Assembly (NCBI RefSeq): GCF_009914755.1
Contig: NC_060935.1
DNA length: 64,000 nt
From: the human T2T-CHM13v2.0 reference genome, Homo sapiens
Direction: 5' to 3' (one strand)
The notes under the pieces are model-generated. The model was not told the origin of the DNA. It made no database searches and saw only the letters and a list, made by a program, of their open reading frames with translations. The translations under genes were made by a program, and so were the position numbers. Within the stretch, counting starts at the first letter, position 1, and every line of letters begins with the position of its first letter. This document shows, piece by piece, positions 13,823-26,614 of the stretch.

Positions 13823-14999
13823 AATCTTTTTAAATAGGTTGGTTAGAATTGAGCAGTGTGACCCATGTAAAACAAAGTTATATTTAGAGATAACTTGCTT
13901 TTCTTTATGCAGACTATCTTTTGCACCAGCTTTCTAGGTGGCTGGTTGCTGCCTACCTAGTGACTCTCACTGTCAACTCAACCTTTTCCCTGTGCTCATG
14001 TGACTGGCTTTTGCAGCCCCATGTGCAGGACCTTATATCCACCCCAAGCAATTTCCTTTTCACAAAATTTGATCAATTACTTTGGGCATCCTTCACTACT
14101 CAGGGGGACATCCTCTGGCGCCACCTTCCTGTCTGTGGCAACGGTGGTACCTGGAAGGACCCAGGTATGTGCCCCTGCAGGTTCAGGTGAGGTGGTGCCA
14201 CTGACATCATCACTACCAGGCATGGAGCAGTCACCTCGGGTCCTTGCAGTGCAGCCCAGGGTCTCCGGAGTCAGTGGCTCTGGGCTCGGCCGCACATGGG
14301 CAGCGATGAATGAGCAGTATTAGTGGTTCTTCCAGCACAACCCATCATCCCTCAACAATGCATTTCTGGAAATTAATTAGAAGCCACACAGTGGAATAAC
14401 GAACACCATGTTTAGAATTACAGTCTATCGCTAAACGACAGCTCAGACAGCCCATGGCTGCCCATAACCCTGGATGTCTTGAGTGTCTGCCCCCAGTGCC
14501 TGTTGAACCCTCTTTAGTGACTAACCTGCAGAGCGGGTCTGGATGGCTTAATCGCTTCTGAGGCTGGGATGTTACCTGGGCAGGGGCAGGAGCTAAAGGA
14601 AGGAGGAAGTGGACTCAGCACCTGGAGAAGGGAAACTGCTGGTGCCTACGGCAGCAAACCAGTGTCTTTCCCTGGTATCCAACGCTCCGACAGGAAGCCT
14701 TCTGCCGCGTTCTTGTTTGGGGGCAAACCAGGTTCCCTGTGTTTACTCACACAATGGGACACCCTCAGGGCCTCTCTGTACCCTGAGGGGGCTTCTGGGG
14801 AGCCTCCAAGATTAGAACCCAGCTCCACAGCATTGATTTACCCTGGCTCCTACTCACTGTGGGAAATTCAGCTTCCTCATCTATAAGAGGGGCAGAAACC
14901 ACTGTATATTTCTTTGATTGCTAGAAGGGATAAATAATGTAATCATTTAAAGTCCTTGAATAATTGCATAAAGTATCCTGTCTTACACACAGTAAGTGA

Positions 15000-15430
<431 letters not shown>

Positions 15431-15674
15431 AGTCATTCACTTTTATCTGTAGTTTCCCCACCACAGGCGGGAGCTGCATACTTGGGGGACAGGGCACTTT
15501 CCTTTCATGCCTTGGGGGTGGGTGGGACATGTTTCCAGATTCTATTCTAGTGGACAGAGCTCTTCACTGGCCTAATGACAGTGTGTCTCTAAATAAGTTT
15601 AAGAATAGGTAAGAGAAAACCAGAGTTTATTTTATTCTAACCACTCAGGCTTGGGAGCAGGGTTGCAGGGAGGG

Positions 15675-16335
15675 CCGTGGTATACTGATAAATGCTTATA
15701 ACCTGGCAGGCAAGAAAAGCCTTGGTTTAGAGATGCTGGTTTCAGTGGTGTAAATACCCTCACCATGGCTAACCTTGAGACCTTGGGGTTGGGATGGGCA
15801 CGATGCTGGTTTCAGTGGAGTAAATACCCTCACCATGGCTGACGCTGAGACCTTGGGGTTGGGATGGGCACGATGCTGGTTTCAGTGGTGTAAATACCCT
15901 CACCATGGCTGACGCTGAGACCTTGGGGTTGGGATGGGCACGATGCTGGTTTCAGTGGTGTAAATACCCTCACCATGGCTGACGCTGAGACCTTGGGGTT
16001 GGCATGGGCACGATGCTGGTTTCAGTGGTGTAAATACCCTCACCATGGCTGACGCTGAGACCTTGGGGTTGGGATGGGCACGATGCTGGTTTCAGTGGTG
16101 TAAATACCCTCACCATGGCTGACGTTGAGACCTTGGGGTTGGCATGGGCACGATGCTGGTTTCAGTGGTGTAAATACCCTCACCATGGCTGACGTTGAGA
16201 CCTTGGGGTTGGGATGGGCATGATGCTGGTTTCAGTGGTGTAAATACCCTCACCATGGCTGACGTTGAGATCCTGGGGTTGGGATGGGCACCAGCGGCTC
16301 TTCTGAGTGGGTCTGAGTCTGCTCCTGACACCCTG
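15675..16335 (+). mobile_element. MER63A-like hAT non-autonomous DNA transposon containing a VNTR
   Basis: Ends ccgtggtatactgataaatg... and ...cggctcttctgag...gctcctgacaccctg; internal gtggtgtaaatac..caccatggc; gggaggg flanks both ends (15668-15674, 16336-16342), TSD-like. Confidence 0.7.
15732..16291. repeat. Minisatellite, 8 x 70 bp
   Basis: Unit gatgctggtttcagtggtgtaaataccctcaccatggctgacgctgagaccttggggttgggatgggcac with an exact 70-bp period. Confidence 0.97.
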
Positions 16336-16417
16336 GGGAGGGTGGATGCAGGGTAAGTGGGGTCTGGGCTGCTTGGCTGGCTGAGTTTCCCCGTATGAGC
16401 TTCCTCCTGCCCCATGC

Positions 16418-16553
16418 CAGGCTGTCAGGCCACCTGGAAGCTAAGGATGGCTCCTTCTCCAGTTGTTGCCTAAGGCGCCTGCACAGGCTGTCAGGCCACC
16501 TGGAAGCTAAGGATGGCTCCTTCTCCAGTTGTTGCCTAAGGCCCCTGCACAGG
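16418..16553. repeat. Tandem duplication, 2 x 66 bp
   Basis: caggctgtcaggccacctggaagctaaggatggctcc...gcctaaggc(g/c)cctgca at 16418 and 16484, one mismatch. Confidence 0.95.
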
Positions 16554-18373
16554 TCTGCTTGACAGGCCCACGCTGCAGCCCCAGAGTCTCAGAGCCTGCC
16601 TGGCTTAGCCTGCACGAGATCCCCTGCCGGATGGCATTTTACCCACCTTTGTAACCGCATTCCCCACCCTCCCACCCTCTTCCAGCCTGCAGCCTGGCAT
16701 GGTGTAGGCGTTTTGTGAAAGCCTGTTCAGTGCAGACGTTTTCAATCACGAGGCACACGTGGGCACAGGCAAGAAGAATTAAAGGCCCTTTGAAGCTTCC
16801 CTTTGCCTGAGTCCTGGAGTGGTCTGAGGGCCTTTGTCTATCAGCATTTGTGGGGTTCTCACTCAGTGGCTGTGCTTGTTCCTCTCCATATCTAACAGCA
16901 ATGCACAAGTCAGAACCTCTCTGCTCACAGGCAAGCTGAGTGTAGAGTGGTTCTGCCAGACTCACCACACTCCCTGTTTGTGGAGGGAAGGATTCACGGG
17001 CCTTTCCCAATTCACCAGACCAGGGCCTGACCCAGAGAAGCCTGCTGAGTGGACGGGGCTCCGTTCCCAGCTCTTGGCTCTGCCAGGCAGGAGGAAGACA
17101 CACTTGAATGATTCACAGTTGCAATGCCTGGCTACAACTTTATGAATAAATTGGGTGCTTTGCAGAAAGATCACTGTATCTCCGATGCAAATCCCCACAA
17201 GACAATAAATATAGATTCCTTTGTCGTAATCACAGCAGCATCTTGATCTGCCTGCGGTGATTAAAGTGTAACCAAACTGCCATTTAATTTCATTCCAGGC
17301 CATTTCAAATTGTGTTGTGTTAAGCTATCCTGATGCAGAAATACTCCCTGCAGCTCTGGCCCTGTGTGAGACTCCAAGCTGAAGATCGTGGCTTCTGCTG
17401 AGGAATATGCGTAGGTTGTATGTGAACATCAACAACCTCCATCTCCTGTCTTTGGCTCTCTCCACAGAGGCCATTTTTGGTCTATGGTTTGGAAGCCATC
17501 TCCATCCTCTTATCTACGGATGAGGAAGCTCAAACCTCAGTTCAGAGAAGCTCAAGCCCTCGCCAGGTCTGCTGAGTGCCTGCTCAAGAACTGCTTTTAG
17601 GAAGGTCCCATGGCTTTGCCCCCAGTGGCAAAGGCCATTGAACAGGGCCTATGAACATGGCTCTTTCTGGGACAGCCGAGCTTCTGCAGAGACTGCTTCA
17701 GCACCGCAGGTCTTATGCATGCCAGAGGGAGAAAGGCAGAGGCCTCTGGGCAGAAGGGAATTTTAGGCTTGAGCTAGGAGGGATGCAGAAAGGAAAGCAG
17801 GGGAGGAGGCTACCAGAGCCGCTGGTGAGGGTGAGCCCATGACCTCTTCCAGCAAATTGGTGGGGCTGGCCTGTGGGTGCTGCTGTAGCTGCAGTGGCAG
17901 CCAAGCAGATTAATCTGATTTCCTGGCAGTGATGCATCCAAAGTCACGAGGCCCCAGCTGCACGGCGGCTCTGGCCAGCACTGTGCCGGGGGTGTTGGGA
18001 AGGGGGCCCCAGTTAACTTGTGTGTGTCTACAGGTTGACTCAACATAATTGTGAGCTCCCAGGAACATCTTTCCACCCTGTTGGCACTGGGAGGAGATGG
18101 AAATGTGACTGTGGTCTAGGCGGCAGGAGAGTGCGATGGGCTGGGAGGTGGGGGTAGGCTGGGGTGCTCCTGGGCTGTTACAAGCTTCTGTTTGTCCTTT
18201 CAGAAGAGGTTGCTTTTGATTATGCAAGGTCCTTACATATCTGTGATCCCATTATTTTTAGCCTGGGCCCCAAGGCTTCCAAAATAGGGAGCGAGGAAAG
18301 AGGGTGGTTAATAAACAGAGAAGCACATCTTTTGAAGTTGCTATGTGTTTTAGAGGAGAAACTGTCCCTGCTT

Positions 18374-18374
18374 C

Positions 18375-18418
<44 letters not shown>
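18374..18418. repeat. Compound (CTG)8(TG)~10 microsatellite
   Basis: Directly visible. Confidence 0.95.
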
Positions 18419-18427
<9 letters not shown>

Positions 18428-18944
18428 AGACAGCATGCACACAACTAGGTGTGAGCACTCTAATGGAGACAGCAGGGACAAGAGTTTGGTTGCCTGGGTC
18501 CAGGATGCTGGGAGGGTTCCATTCTGGAGTTGCCACCTGCAGTCCAGGACTGAAGGGAGGTCTTAGGGGAACTCTGGCCATCTTATTTATGCAGCTGCTG
18601 CACCTCCCCTATTCCTAACTGCCTTCTTTCCGGGCTCACCAGCAAGGCATGGAAGCTCACTTACAGCAAGACCAGGCTACACGGGAAGGCTGAGGAATGG
18701 CCCTGGACCCAGGACCACCAGGATCCAATGGCAGGGAGGTAGCCACCCAGGCTACGGAGCTGAGGTCAGCATGGCAGGGAGAGCAGGTTCAAGGCTGGCT
18801 TCCTACTAGCTGGGCAGTCCTGAGCGACTGTATCTTCTAGCCTCTGCAAAGCACCAGCTCAGGGAAGGGCACATGGAGCTGCTCAGCAAGTGCTGGTTGA
18901 GTAGACGGAGATCCAAACTGCGGGTCAGGCAAATAACATGTGGG

Positions 18945-20345
18945 AACCTCAATGTATGTTCCTTCCTATCTTGGTGAACAGCTCTGCTCTGTACCTGATC
19001 ACCGAGGGCATCCTTTTACTCCTCTCCCACCACACCCAATAGATTTCCGATACCTACTGATTTGACATCCTGAATGTTCCACAAATCCTTCATGACTCCT
19101 ATCCCTAGCATTGTCACTCGGGCTCCAGCCACCACCATTCCTTGCCTGTTTGTCACAGCAGCTTCCTAATAGGTATCTGTCATCCTCCCACCCATTCTCT
19201 GTGTTGCATTTTTGGTACCTTTAAGTTTGTGAATCTGCTCATGTCATCCATTAGCTCTAGTTCCTTTCATGGCTTCACATTGTCCACAGGATAAAGGCCA
19301 AGGCAAACCTCTAGGTCTGTCATGACCTGATATCCAATATCATTTCTCTCTCTCCACCGCCCAGGCCTCCAGCCAGGTTAAACTCCTTGCAGTTCCTGGA
19401 AGTGCTGCCCTCTCTTTTGTGCATGGACATTTGTGTCTCTTGTTCCCTCTGCCTGTCATCCCTTGAATCTCTTGCCTTGGCTAAGTCCTCACCTTTCAAG
19501 CCTCCCTTAGACATCAGCTTCCCCTGACAACTGCACTGGCGTCCCTTCTGGGTGCTCCTAAAGACTCTGTGCATCTCCCCTCCAGCCCTTCCACATAGCT
19601 CGTGATCACCCCACCTGCTCACGGTCTCTTCCATTGGCCTGTGAGCATCCTGAGGGCAAGAACCACCCTGGTTCTATCAGAGACGTTTGAACCACAGCAA
19701 CTCCATCTTGAGTAGGGCCTTGCTGAGACCTGCTGGGCTGCACTCCCATAGGTTAGGCATTCTAAGTCACAGGATGAGATAGGAGGTCAGCACAAGTTAC
19801 AGGTCATAAAGGCCTTGCTGGTAAAACAGGTTGCAGTAAAGAGGCTGGCCCAAACCCACCAAAACCAAGAAGGCAATGAGAGCGATCTCTAGTTATCCTC
19901 ACTGGTACACTCCTACCAGCACCATGACAGCTTACAGATGCCATGGCAACACCAGGAAGTTAGCCTATCTGGTCTAACAAAAGGCGGAACACTCAGTTCC
20001 AGGAATTGCCCACCCCTTTCCAGAAAACTCATGAATAATCCACCCCTTGTTTAGCATAGAATCAAGAAATAACCATAAAAACGGGCAAAACTAGCAGTCC
20101 TTGGGGCTGCTCTGCCTATGGAGTAACAATTCTTTATTACTTTACTTTTTAAATAAACTTGCTTTCACTTTATTCTTTATTACTTTACTTTTTAAATAAA
20201 CTTGCTTTCACTTTATGAACTCACCCCAATTTCTTTCTTGCACGAGATCCAAGAACCCTCTCTTGGGGTCTGGATTGGGACCCCTTTTCAGCAACAGTTC
20301 TGATACCTCACACAGTGCCTAGGCCAGAGCAGACACTCAAATGCT
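18945..20345 (+). mobile_element. L2 relic interrupted by MER41
   Basis: Degenerate L2 3' region (ctgtgagcatcctgagggcaagaacc ... cacagtgcctaggc) continues on both sides of the LTR. Confidence 0.65.
19675..20296 (+). mobile_element. MER41 (ERV1) solo LTR
   Basis: tatcagagacgtttgaaccacagcaactccatcttga ... gagatccaagaaccctctcttggggtctgga...gcaaca; 4-bp TSD gttc at 19671-19674 and 20297-20300. Confidence 0.93.
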
Positions 20346-21561
20346 GCACTGTATTTTCTTGCTTCTAAGGAAATTCCATACTGTAATACATTCCATCTAC
20401 CTGCATTTTAGGAGGAAACAGAGGTGCCCCATTAAATGTATGCCAAATTTTTTTAAATAGTGAAATTCTGCACATGTGTGTAGGCCAATGCATGTCTTTT
20501 TTCAGAAAGGGTTGAGATTAGTGGTTGGATCTTCCTTCTCTGCACTTGGGGTGGGTGCTTCTCCAGAGGCTGCAGCAGCAGTTCTGCAGAGCCTCAGATG
20601 GCCACTGTGTTCCTCTGGGCATGCTTGACAGGGACTCCTAGAGCACTCGAGGATTGCCAAAGTAATTTCGAGCGTATTGAAAAATGCCATGATTTCTTCT
20701 GTTTTTGCCGCTTGATTAAACTTAGTTTCTCATTTTTACCTATATTGACTTATATTGCTGGAAGTAAAACAGAATCTCAGGAATCAGTGTGATGCGTTTG
20801 ACAGATGCTGTTCTGCTGCTGAGTGATAGTCCCACGAGGGCTGTGAACTTTCCCCCTTCCAACCCCCCTCTCCTACCACCACGCGGTCTCCAGGCTCAGG
20901 AAGGGGTTCTGTGGTCTTTATCAGAAATGGAGGTACTGCAAGGTCTGGTTTTCTAGCCTGATGCTCCATTAACTACCAAGAGTGAAGAAACAGCCTCATC
21001 CTGTCGCTTAAGTCCATCTTCTCCCATGGGATTTCTTCCACTTTTGAGGAGCTCAAGCTCTGTGGGCCATGCGAGCTCTCCTCCTTTGTGAGCATACATG
21101 TTCCCTCATTTGTCAATATCCACTTAGAAAGGCGAGAGGGGTCTTTGTCTTTAGAAGACAATGCTGGCAGGTGGGAGGAGTGGGGGTTCAGAGGCCCTTC
21201 TGTTAGTGCGTGTGGGAAGGGGCAACCTTCTTTGCAGTGTGAGAGGTTTGTATTCTTGTCTGTTACAAATCTTCTCTCCCACCGTGATCATAAATGTAGC
21301 CTGTGCATAGCCTTCCCTTCTGTTTCTCTTCTACCCATCTCTAGTTGGTCTATTTTCAAGGTATTCCAGGACATGAAAAGGCCTCAGTGAGTGGTAATGT
21401 CTAGGAGTGCAATGCGACCTAAGGGACAGAAAAATCACTTAAGGGATAACCTGCTTGGAAAACAAAATAAAGCTAAACAAAAAACCAAAACCACTGCTTC
21501 ACTGTGACTCAAACCTTGGCTTTAAATGGCTATCTTTCCTCCTAAGACCTTTCATAAGTGT

Positions 21562-22448
21562 GCTGTCATACCACCCTTGCATAAGGTCTCTGTCTCTGTG
21601 CTGTCACACCACCCTTGCCTAAGGCCTCTGTCTCTGTGCTGTCACACCATTCTTGCCTAAGGCCTCTGTCTCTGTGCTATCACACCATCCTTGCCTAAGG
21701 CCTCTGTCTCTGTGCTGTATCACACCATCCTTGCCTAAGGCCTCTGTCTCTGTGCTATCACACCATCCTTGCCTAAGGCCTCTTTCTCTGTGCTATCACA
21801 CCATCCTTGCCTAAGGACTCTGTCTCTGTGCTGTCACACCATCCTTGCCTAAGGCCTCTGCCTCTGTGCTATCACACCATCCTTGCCTAAGGCCTCTGTC
21901 TCTGTGCTGTGACACCATCGTTGCCTAAGGCCTCTGTCTCTGTGCTATCACACCATCCTTGCCTAAGGCCTCTGTCTCTGTGCTGTATCACACCATCCTT
22001 GCCTAAGGCCTCTTTCTCTGTGCTATCACACCATCCTTGCCTAAGGACTCTGTCTCTGTGCTGTCACACCATCCTTGCCTAAGGCCTCTGTCTCTGTGCT
22101 ATCACACCATCCTTGCCTAAGGCCTCTGTCTCTGTGCTGTGACACCATCGTTGCCTAAGGCCTCTGTCTCTGTGCTATCACACCATCCTTGCCTAAGGCC
22201 TCTGTGTCTGTGCTGTCACACCACCCTTGTCTAAGGCCTCTGTCTCTGAGCTGTCACACCACCCTTGCCTAAGGCCTCTGTCTCTGAGCTGTCACACCAC
22301 CCTTGCCTAAGGCCTCTGTCTCTGTGCTGTCACACCACCCTTGCCTAAGGCCTCTGTCTCTGTGCTGTCACACCATCCTTGCCTAAGGCCTCTGTTTCTG
22401 TCCTGTCACACCGTCCTTGCTTAAGGCTTCTGTCACTGTGGTGTCACA
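21562..22448. repeat. Minisatellite, 23 x 38 bp (two 40-bp variants) with higher-order structure
   Basis: Unit gct(g/a)tcacacca(c/t)ccttgcctaaggcctctgtctctgt. Confidence 0.97.
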
Positions 22449-22520
22449 GTATTTTTGCTGCCGGAAAACACAGATAGGGAGAGAACTTGTAAAGATAACT
22501 TCAATAATAGTACACACTTT

Positions 22521-22865
<345 letters not shown>

Positions 22866-25484
22866 TCATTATATAATAAGTGTTCCTCACATCAACCCAT
22901 TCATTGTAATTCTCTTTTTACAGACCTGGATTTGGTAAGTTATGTTGATTTATTCATTTAGGTATGTGTTCATTCATCTATCCAAAATACATTCCCTGAG
23001 TCTATAATATGTGCATATTATTGAGCTGACGTATATCAAGGATGCCCTCTAAGAGCATGTAAACTTGTGGTATTAATATTAATAATGTAATAATTAGTAA
23101 TATTATATGAATAATATTTCATATTAACATAATAATATGAAAATGTAAAACTAAAAATAGTATAGCATAAGAAGTGTTGAGGTGGAATTTGCTGTGGGAT
23201 TGCACAAAAAGGGGAATGAAATCAGGTGGGAACTGTGAGAAATGTTTATAGGGTGTAGGACTGTAGGACTGGGTTTGGGACCTAGGGTTGTTCAAGGGTG
23301 GGCTGATGAGGCTAAAATGTTCTGTGGGAACTGTGAGGGAGCAGGTTTTGAGGTGCCAGGCTCGGCATGTGTCATACTGGCTTGGAGGATGCTTGAGGGG
23401 AAGCCAGGGCCTGACCCCTTGGGGCAGCATGGGAGAAGTAGGAAGTGAGGATGGCCTGGTGAGCTGGCAGCCCCTAGTCAGCTGGTGCTGGGTGAACATG
23501 GAAGCACAGAGTGTGTGCTTCTTTCCTCTGACCACAGCTACCTTGTTCTTGGAAAGGTCCTGTTTTATAAGCAGGGACATGGAGGCATGGGGAAGTCGCG
23601 CAGCTCCCACCATTGCCCTGGGCTTGGCAGCAGTGAGACATGGCCAGCAGCCACCCTGCACTCTGGCCTGAATGCCCAGCTTGTGCAGATGTGCAGCGGT
23701 AGTGCAGGGTCAGTGCCCTCTCATGGCCCCCTCGCAGGAGGCTGCTTGCTGAGTGGTGCCAGCTCAGCCAAGTGTTCTCTGCATCTTTGCTCAGGCTCTT
23801 CTTTCTCAGAGGGCTGGAGGAGGTGGATGATGCAGAGAGCTTCCCTGTGGCTCCCGGCCCTCCTCAGGGCCTGCCCGGGCAGGGAGGTGACAGCAGTCCC
23901 TGACAGATCCCACCCTTCTCCCACACAAAGCGGGCCAGGGGTGAGGAAAGGGGTCCCTCCAGCCCTTACCTCTGAGTACTTGCCCTGCAGAGCTGCTGCT
24001 GTTATCTGTCAAGGCTGATTTCTCTGAGGTGACAGCTTTGACTTCAGATCTCCTTCTTTAATTGAGTCTTTGTCACTCCATTGATGGTAATTTACACATC
24101 CAATAACTATTGCTAATGTGGGATGGAGGTGTAGGGATGTTGGCTGGGGCGAGGGAGCTGCTGAGGCTGAGACCTGATGGGAGGAGCCTTGGAGGCTGGG
24201 CTGCTGCAGGCTGTGCTGCCCCAGGCTCAGGCTAGGGTGCTGCACGGTTCTGTCTCTCATTTGCCAAACATTTTCTGAGCTCAAACTCAGTGTAAGGAGG
24301 GCGAGGATATAAGAATGAATGATAGAAGGTCCTTGTTTTCGAGGACTTTCCAGTCTCATGAGAGAAAGAGACATACACAAATAGCTAGATTGGAGACTGC
24401 ATAGGTGGTCAGTCACAGGCGCGTCTGCACGCTGGGTTCTGGGAGCCGAACAGCCACCTGCAATTCAACTATATTCAATTTAATTGAACCATCTGTTTTG
24501 GGCACCTATTTCTGGGTGAGCCCAGTGGAGTGATGGGCTGGGGGTGGGGAGGAACAAAGGCACAAAGACTGATGCTGCTTTCCTCCCTGCTCTCTCTTGC
24601 TCTCTGTCTCCCCACCCCCGGCTCATTCTCATCACTCTCTCTCCGTCTTCCCTCCTGCTCTCTATCTGTGGCATGCACTCTACTCTCAGCTCTGTGCTTG
24701 TCTCTGGGGCCAGAATGGTGAGCTGAGACATTGTCTGTCCTTGTGGAACTTACTGAAGTGTGTGGGAGACACAACCATTCATCAAATAAGCACCCGTAAA
24801 TGTAATGGGGAGCTGTGCTCAGGAGGGACTCAGGGAGCTCTGAGCATGACCCACGGGACCCAGGCTCATCTGTGGGCCTCAGGGAGCTGGGCATGCACCA
24901 CAGAACTGTGGAGCAACTGAAGACCTATTATTTCTTATTGCAGATATAAATATTATATTTATACATTGGTATATATATACTTTATATATATTTGTATAAA
25001 TTAAGTTGTAACCTACAGAATAGGCCTTCTGGCAATGAGAATGTATCTGCTCAAAAAGCTGAACAGCCATGGAAAATGGAAATTCACTCTCTGAGATTTT
25101 ACATATTCAAAGGAGTCCGGAAAAATACTGAACAAAAACATGAATGAATATTTGTATAATCTTTGGTGGCTAAGGCCTTCCAGAAGCACGAAGGAAGATA
25201 GATCATTCTGATCACATAAAATTGTAAAGCTTTAGAAAACCACAAACAAAGATGGAAGACCACTGAGAACCTGGAAGCCTTCTGCCTCACACATGGCATG
25301 CTGGTGGTGATGCCAGGCTGGTGAGGGCTGCACAGTTTGTCTTCGAGTTAGAACATGACAGCCCACCCACACCAGCTGGCAGACAGCTGCCTGTCTGAGT
25401 CTCCCAAGGCTGTGGACCCTGCCACTGACTTCCCTGGGACCAGCTCTACCTTTTCCCACATTCAGGAATTTATAGATTAATGTC

Positions 25485-26503
25485 TGCTGTGGTTTGAGTG
25501 TGTCCCCCAAGGTTCATGTGTCGGAAACTTAATCCTCAATGCACACTTTTGAGGGATGGGATCTTTAAGAGGTAATTAGGTCATGAGGGCTCAGTCTTCA
25601 TGAATGGATTAATGCCATCATCTTGGGAGTGGGTTAGTTATCCTGGGAGTCAGTTACTATCTCAGGAGTGGGTTAGTTATCCTGGGAGTGAGTTACTTGT
25701 CTCAGGAGTGAGTTAACTATTCTGGAAGTGAGTGAGTTATCCTGGGAGTGAGTTACTATCTCAGGAGTGGGTTAGTTATCTTGGGAGTGAGTTACTTACT
25801 TCAGGAGTGGGTTAGTTATCCTGGGAGTGAGTTACTTGTCTCAGGAGTGAGTTAGTTATCCTGGGAGTGAGTTACTCACCTCTGGAGTGGGTTAGTTATC
25901 CTGGGAGTGAGTTTACTTATCTCAGGAGTAGGTTAGTTATCCTGGGAGTGAGTTACTCATGTTGAGAGTGGGTTACTTATTGTGGGAGTCAGTTACTCAC
26001 CTTGGAATTGGGTTAGTTATGATGGGAGTCAGTTACTTATCTTGGGAGTGGGTTAGTTATTGTGGGAGTGAGTTACTCATCTTGGGAATGGGTTAGTTAT
26101 CACGGGAGTCAGTTACTTATCTTGGGAGTGAGTTAGTTACTGTGGGAGTTAGTTACTCACCTTGGGAGTGAGTGAGTTATTGTGGGAGTCAGTTACTTAT
26201 CTTGAGAGTGAGTTAGTTATTGTGGGAGTCAGTTACTCATCTTGGGAGTGGGTTAGTTATCATGGGATTGGGCTCCTGAGGAAAGGATGAGTTCAGTCCC
26301 CCTTCTCTGTCTCTTGCTCTCTTGCACTCTCTTGTCCTTCCACCTTCCACCATGGGATGACACAGCAAGAGGGTGCTTGCCAGATGAGGTCCTCTCGACC
26401 TTGGACTTCCCATCCCCCAGCACTGTAAGAAATGAATCTCTGTTCTTTATCAATGACCTAGACTGTGGTATTCCATTGCAGCAGCACAATACAGACTCAG
26501 ACA
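25485..26503 (+). mobile_element. MST (MSTC/D-like) MaLR solo LTR expanded by a VNTR
   Basis: tgctgtggtttgagtgtgtcccccaaggttcatgtg...tcatgaatggattaatgcc ... ccttggacttccca...cagactcagaca. Confidence 0.9.
25620..26262. repeat. Minisatellite, about 32 x 20 bp (alternating dimer of about 40 bp) inside MST
   Basis: Units ttatcctgggagtgagttac and ttatctcaggagtgggttag. Confidence 0.95.
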
Positions 26504-26614
26504 GTGACTTCAGGATGCTGCTCCAGTGCTGCAGCTGATTTCCATCCTAATGGGTTGATGTCCATGCCACATAATTGTCAAAACACCTTGACTTTCACCC
26601 TATCCTTAACATAG

